Assembly: GCF_902652985.1 (NCBI RefSeq)
Contig: NC_047022.1
Span: forward strand, 27,404,001 to 27,468,000
Direction of reading: 5' to 3'
DNA: 64,000 nt
Source: Pecten maximus
Taxonomy: Eukaryota
Of this stretch, positions 59,301 to 64,000 are shown in pieces. A program made the position numbers and the translations under genes. Numbering within the stretch: position 1 is the first letter of the stretch; each line of letters begins with the position of its first letter. The notes under the pieces were generated by a model, which saw only the letters and a program-made list of their open reading frames with translations, did no database searches and was not told where the DNA came from.

Positions 59301-59673
59301 AAATGATAATACATCCATACATAACCAACATTCATATAAAGCATTGTATGGAATAAAAACAAAGTTAGGAATACGTAGATTGTAGCAATCGTAAATTGAT
59401 AGATAAGTACGAATTCTATTAAATCAATCATTTATATCGGAGCATCATAATGATTCTAATATCAAAACTGTATCAAATGATGCATTAAAAACAACTGACC
59501 ATACGTCAGTGAAGTGAAGTGAAATATGCTGGACATCAGAATGTAGATTTACTTAAAACAGGCTACATGTTTGGATTTAAAACCTGAGCCCTACCATGAA
59601 TTTCCTTGTATGTATAGTAAAATAGGATACTCACCAGTAGTACAATGGTCGAACAGAACCTGAATAAATACAT
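53224..59673 (-). CDS. Secreted 3x von Willebrand factor A domain protein, paralogue A, 680 aa, intact; exons 59635-59673, 58615-58630, 57176-57796, 56924-56968, 56740-56775, 56376-56587, 55717-55939, 55122-55253, 54898-54924, 54225-54659, 53863-53991, 53224-53351
   Basis: Spliced CDS of 2043 nt is open. Signal peptide MYLFRFCSTIVLL-INLANG; three vWA domains each with a full MIDAS (DSSSS, DESSS, DASTS; T; TDG); Pro/Thr linker; basic then acidic tail. All introns GT-AG. Confidence 0.92.
53863..53991 (-). CDS. vWA-A exon 11 (vWA domain 3b)
   Basis: GVGQYIVEDELRIMSSDLDSYFMVDDFSSL...KTCK, 129 nt. Confidence 0.92.
54225..54659 (-). CDS. vWA-A exon 10 (vWA domain 3a)
   Basis: CRRQVADIAFIADASTSI...IITDGNS...MYAI-G, 435 nt. 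Confidence 0.95.
54898..54924 (-). CDS. vWA-A exon 9, 27-nt linker microexon (EDQQDRPQE)
   Basis: tttccag/GTAAGT. Confidence 0.75.
55122..55253 (-). CDS. vWA-A exon 8 (vWA domain 2c)
   Basis: GIGSVNRAELNTLASDPNSDYVF...RVCK, 132 nt. Confidence 0.92.
55415..55598. repeat. 46-bp tandem repeat, 4 copies, in vWA-A intron 7
   Basis: aaacccagccatctttgtcagaaagttttcagagcatgttatggtc. Confidence 0.9.
55717..55939 (-). CDS. vWA-A exon 7 (vWA domain 2b)
   Basis: VKTAVKAIDWQGGNTYTNEAL..VTDGNS..MFAI-G, 223 nt. Confidence 0.93.
56376..56587 (-). CDS. vWA-A exon 6 (vWA domain 2a)
   Basis: CQGKPADVFFIIDESSSI...YTSKDE, 212 nt. Confidence 0.93.
56740..56775 (-). CDS. vWA-A exon 5, linker (TPTKPSGEDPKE)
   Basis: ttttcag/GTAAAC, 36 nt. 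Confidence 0.8.
56924..56968 (-). CDS. vWA-A exon 4, linker (AVTTQPPPVTSSQPI)
   Basis: ttttag/GTAAGT, 45 nt. Confidence 0.8.
57176..57796 (-). CDS. vWA-A exon 3 (vWA domain 1)
   Basis: CKVDIAFVVDSSSSI...VLTDG...RACY, 621 nt. Confidence 0.95.
58615..58630 (-). CDS. vWA-A exon 2, 16-nt microexon (INLAN-G)
   Basis: ttttcag/GTAAGT. Confidence 0.75.
58744..58814. mobile_element. 71-bp hairpin micro-insertion with 24-bp inverted arms and a 9-bp target-site duplication
   Basis: caatctaattaaaatctagatggt ... accatctatattttaattagattg (1 mismatch); agaataacg at 58735-58743 and 58815-58823. Confidence 0.75.
59635..59673 (-). CDS. vWA-A exon 1 (signal peptide)
   Basis: MYLFRFCSTIVLL then GTGAGT, 39 nt. 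Confidence 0.8.
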
Positions 59674-59737
59674 ATTTCAAACGTGTAGCGTCACTGTGTC
59701 CTGCTGCTGATACTGTCACATTCACATCTTCTCCGCC

Positions 59738-59744
59738 TTATATA
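59738..59744 (-). promoter_or_regulatory. Candidate TATA box of vWA-A
   Basis: TATATAA about 65 nt upstream of the ATG. Confidence 0.5.
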
Positions 59745-60106
59745 CCACAGAGAAATGGAAATTACAGGTTAGATATAAAAAATAATGTGGTAATTAGTAT
59801 CGTATTTGGTCGAAATAATTGTTGCACCAAAAATCTCATTAATGTAAAATTACGTCCGCATATATCTGATATCTAGTTACTGTAGAAGATACCTAACATT
59901 TTTTATTAATTGTCACATGGAAAGGGTGTGTCAAATCATGTGGGGACATGCGGTTTATTTAAAGTTGAAAATAACTGTCAACTGCATGTAACATGTCTAA
60001 CATTTATCGTATTGAATGCTATATAACTTTCTATTAAATGTGATAAGCATTGTATTGTCGAAGGCTAAATGTTAGATTTAATTTGTCATTTTGAAGTGCA
60101 ATAGTA

Positions 60107-61191
60107 CGGAAGCGTATTAGGGCCACTATAAAAAAAATTAAATCGTACGTACGCTAATTCGTACGCACGGATTGCTAATTCGTACGTACGATTTACTCAT
60201 TCGTACGTACGATTTACTAATTCGTACGTAGATTTTTATAATTCGTACGTACGGATTACTAATTCGTACGTACGGATTACTAGTTCGTACGTACGATTTA
60301 CTCATTCGTTCGTACGATTTACTAATTCGTACGTAGATTTACTAATTCGTACGTACGATTTACCAATTCGTACGTACGATTTACCAATTCGTACGTACGA
60401 TTTCATAATTCCAGAGACATATATAGAGAGATAAGTAACATCGCTATTTATTCGTGACCACTCAAGCATATCCCTTATCGAGAGCGTCTTGTCCCATCAA
60501 ACACACGCGAGCAAGGGTAAATCGGGCTTAGCGCATGTGTGTATCGATGTACTGGAACTTATTCGACATGTTCTGGTCAATCCGCCATTACGTCAGACCA
60601 AAACGTCGTCAATGTTCAATACACACAAAAAGCACATGGTTTTATTTAGGCCACTACAAAAGTTACTACATTATCCAAAAACTATCATACTTATGGGATA
60701 TGGTCTTGTTTATTATGCACATTGTTGTCATTTATCCGTATTTTCGAAAACCCCATCTTCCCTGTGGTGTGCTTGACTTTCATACTCAAAATACGAACAC
60801 TTTGACAGAAATGTGATATATTCCATATTGATGACACTTCTGCACTTTGCTATTAATGCAATTAAAGCACATCATTGGATCTTGGTGATGATTTCAAATA
60901 GAAATTATCGATAACTATGTGTCTGGTTTTCAAGTGTTTTCCATTATGGCATTAGGAGAAGACTGAACAGAGCGACTGCAAAGGATTGTGGGAGGGTCAA
61001 ATAGAGAGCTGCCAATCTCTCTATATATGTCTCTGCTAATTCGTGCGTACGAATTAGTAATCCGTACGTACGAATTAGTAAATCGTACGTACGAATTAGT
61101 ATATCGTACGTACGAATGAGTAATCCGTACGTACGAATTAGTAGATCGTACGTACGATTTATTTTTTTGTATTGGCCCTTATACGCTGCCG
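60107..61191. mobile_element. Non-autonomous TIR element (about 1.09 kb) with inverted subterminal 21-bp tandem arrays
   Basis: Ends cgg(a/c)agcgtat(t/a)agggcca are inverted and flanked by TA. Arrays of tactaattcgtacgtacgatt lie at 60140-60410 and, inverted, at 61035-61160, each bounded internally by cagagacatatatagagagat. Confidence 0.8.
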
Positions 61192-63654
61192 TACAATAGA
61201 GTATGATAATGTCAAAACAAGCATTAATCATAATAAACTACTTGTGTCGTCTACTAAATTGTCGTGTAATCGTGAAAATCTCACTTATTATGTTTTGTTG
61301 GCAATACAAATGTACATGGAATGATTTTTAAAAACAACCTCACTGCTGTTAATGGGTATGGCAATAGAACGAGATAAGCATGGAGGAAACAAGATAAGAA
61401 ACAGGCACGTATTTAATCCAACGGATGAACTACAGCTCTTGGGAATTAACTTTAACAATACATTAAGAGCAATGGTCGAATTGACGAGAGTAAAATGTGA
61501 CTAAAATAATAAAAAAAAACCGACTTATCTTAATAAGCGATATCAAAAGTTCGAGGCAAGTGAACCCCATGTACACTTGTAAGATGAATCTATGTCACAC
61601 AAATGAAAACTCAATGCCTTTTTCCTTTAGTGTAGGTCAAAAGTAAGAATTTAGGGCAGATTGACCTACAGTTGATACATGACACACGTAGATAAGTTCA
61701 AATAACAGGTAGTATATGAGATGAAATCCAGACCAACTGTTTCTTTGAGAAAGGTCAAATGTAAAAATGTAGGTCATCTTGGTGAAACCATGAGCATATA
61801 ACTGAAGGTCCTGAGACAAGAAGTATTCAAGATAGGGAAAGTACGGACGGAGGCAGACAACGCAAAACTATTGTCCCTCCCTTCTCCCCCTCCCACAGTT
61901 CCCTTTCCTCATGCATAAAAAGCCGAAAAGGTTACTTTCGGCCTTTGCGCAGGACCTTCACCAAAGACATTTGGTCCACCTCCCTTTTCTGCGATATGAA
62001 AAATAAGTCTTAGAGGTATACAGAATGTGAAAATAACAGATGCATCCATGTCCAGCCTTGGCAGCAACCACGAGTAATAGTATATTCAAAATCACCAAAT
62101 AAAGTACTGAACAAAATTATTTTTAAAATGCATAAACGCCTATTCTATGATGGAATTCTTCTTTGCAATGAGTTGCAAGATGTCACTTGTTCAAAAACGG
62201 GTGAAGGATAGTCCTGGGTTTATCTCATTACATGTAGAAAAGAGCGTCTCTTCCAATCTTACAACGAGATCGGTGTTATTGGAAAGAATATGAGAGAATA
62301 CGACCTGGTGTAACCCTGTTTATAGAAGGATCAGACAAACGAGTCTGCAGAATAGAACATTTTCTTTCGTGTATTAAAGTCACATTAAAGAAAGCAAAAT
62401 CGATCTAGTACCCTTATTCCAACACTAAATTTCATATAATTATTTTGTCTTTGCATTTGGCTTTCTTTCTTGTGTGCTCTTTCTCCCTGTCAATTGCTTT
62501 TGTCTGTTGGGTGTCGCCCTGACATCTGTCCTCATTCGTCCCTGCTGTTGGCGTCACTTTGCTCTCTGTTCTTACACGTTGCTGATGTCTTCTTTTCCAC
62601 TCATCCTGATACGACACGAGTTGCTGTTTATTTTGTTGTTGGTATCTCCTTTCCTATACACCTTCCTCATATGACAGTGGCTGCTGATTTCCCTAAAACA
62701 TATGTCTTCATACGCCCCTTCCTGTTAGTATCTCCTCTCCAAGACACTCGTCCTCATATGACATTGGATTCTGGTTACTATAAAACATCTGTCCTCAAAT
62801 ATTTTCGGCCACAATCTGTCCTACATTTTGCGCTAAATGTGTATATAATCATATCATAAAATCATATCAACATTTAAATATAACTAATTCTCTCATTTAC
62901 AAAATGTTTGGCTGTCGTTGTTCTTACTTACCCTCCGTACCGTTTAAATAGCAGTTAGCCTGTAACATTGCACTTATCTGACCCTCCATGTCCTATTCCA
63001 GATGTAGTTAGTAAAAGGTAATTAGCATTCTACTGAAAACGATAATGAACATTTTATGACTTTTTTGTGAGCTCATTGATCACAGTTAATAAGCACTTTA
63101 CTTTAACTGTAGTTTGAGATAAATTACTCAATAAATTGCTGTATACAAACCAGGTCTGCATTTGCAGGCACCTTATCGTAATACATATGTCATGTCTCTA
63201 TTATCTTGATATTATTTATGACACTATGGCACTCTCAGTTAGACTGGAACCGAACTAAGGTATCATCACAGCCAGACATGGTGACTACATCACTGCTTAT
63301 TTAATAAATATTTCAGTAATGGACTAATTCCCAAACGTTTTGTTAATATTTATCTGATTGGTAAATTTTAATGGTCCGTGAATATCAACATTTTAAACGT
63401 AAATTAATATCATAATATCAATATTATTACACTCAATTTACTCGAATATAGAGTTTAAATGATGAAAATTAGAAACAAGAAAGGGTTACTGATGCAAGAA
63501 AAACCAGGCTGACATTTTCCAGTTACACTTCAACATTATACCAAATTGTGATCGGTACGCATACTGTGCTGAAGAGAAAAGAAACGCATTTTTAACAAAT
63601 TGCTTTACTACTTGTTCACATAACTGTCAGTGTGTGCGAGATGCATGCGTATAG

Positions 63655-63785
63655 TGTATGTGCGTGTTTTGGGAGGCTACGGTATATTGCCGTTTGTCTC
63701 CATTTGATCGTCGTCTGACTGTCGTCGATTACATAGTGCCATCTTACTGAATCATACTGCCAAAGTCACTCAGTATGACACATCA
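63655..63785 (-). mobile_element. SINE fragment related to 44522-44684
   Basis: The reverse complement contains ggcagtatgattcagtaagatggcactat and ataccgtagcctcccaaaaacac. Confidence 0.55.
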
Positions 63786-63860
63786 GATTCTCGCAAACAC
63801 GATCAAATCGCAGTCTCCAAAAACAAACACACACACATACACTTCACATTGGGAAATCGT

Positions 63861-64000
63861 CCTCCTATTGATGTTTGTGTAAGAAGACTTTCCTTATCGA
63901 TGTTTGTGTATAGGAGGTTTACTCCTATTGGTGTTAGTGTATAGAAGTTTTACTCCTATTGGTGTTTGTGTATAGAAGGTTTACTCCTATTGCTGTTTGT
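63861..64000. repeat. About 31-bp tandem repeat running off the window end
   Basis: gtttactcctattggtgtttgtgtatagaag-type unit. Confidence 0.85.

Noticed and set aside
1-59673. Functional cluster of lectin, sulfotransferase and vWA genes on one strand
   Set aside because: Co-orientation of three loci is easily chance, and a cytosolic SULT has no evident link to secreted proteins. The sequence gives no support.

Overview
AT-rich, intron-containing animal genomic DNA. The repeat families look like those of a bivalve mollusc (inference). Four spliced protein-coding genes can be built by hand, all on the minus strand and all with consistent GT-AG splice phases. (1) The 5' part of a secreted C-type lectin, which the ORF track misses. 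(2) A complete 5-exon, 294-aa cytosolic SULT1-like sulfotransferase. (3 and 4) A tandem pair of 12-exon paralogues encoding secreted proteins with three von Willebrand A domains. Copy A (53224-59673) is intact at 680 aa. Copy B (23197-48294) is about 710 aa after removing three +1 homopolymer insertions; it has a degenerate third MIDAS, an E/R/M-rich 4x14-aa tail and introns swollen by satellites. The rest is about a dozen unrelated tandem-repeat arrays, a deleted mariner, a Harbinger-like transposase fragment, a truncated LINE, SINE pieces and MITE-like elements. The most notable findings are two unrelated 54-bp minisatellites that each amplify a real exon/intron junction into about 14-15 stop-containing decoy splice sites, a 44-71 bp micro-insertion family with 9-10 bp target-site duplications, and a 79-bp gene-conversion-like tract between the vWA paralogues.
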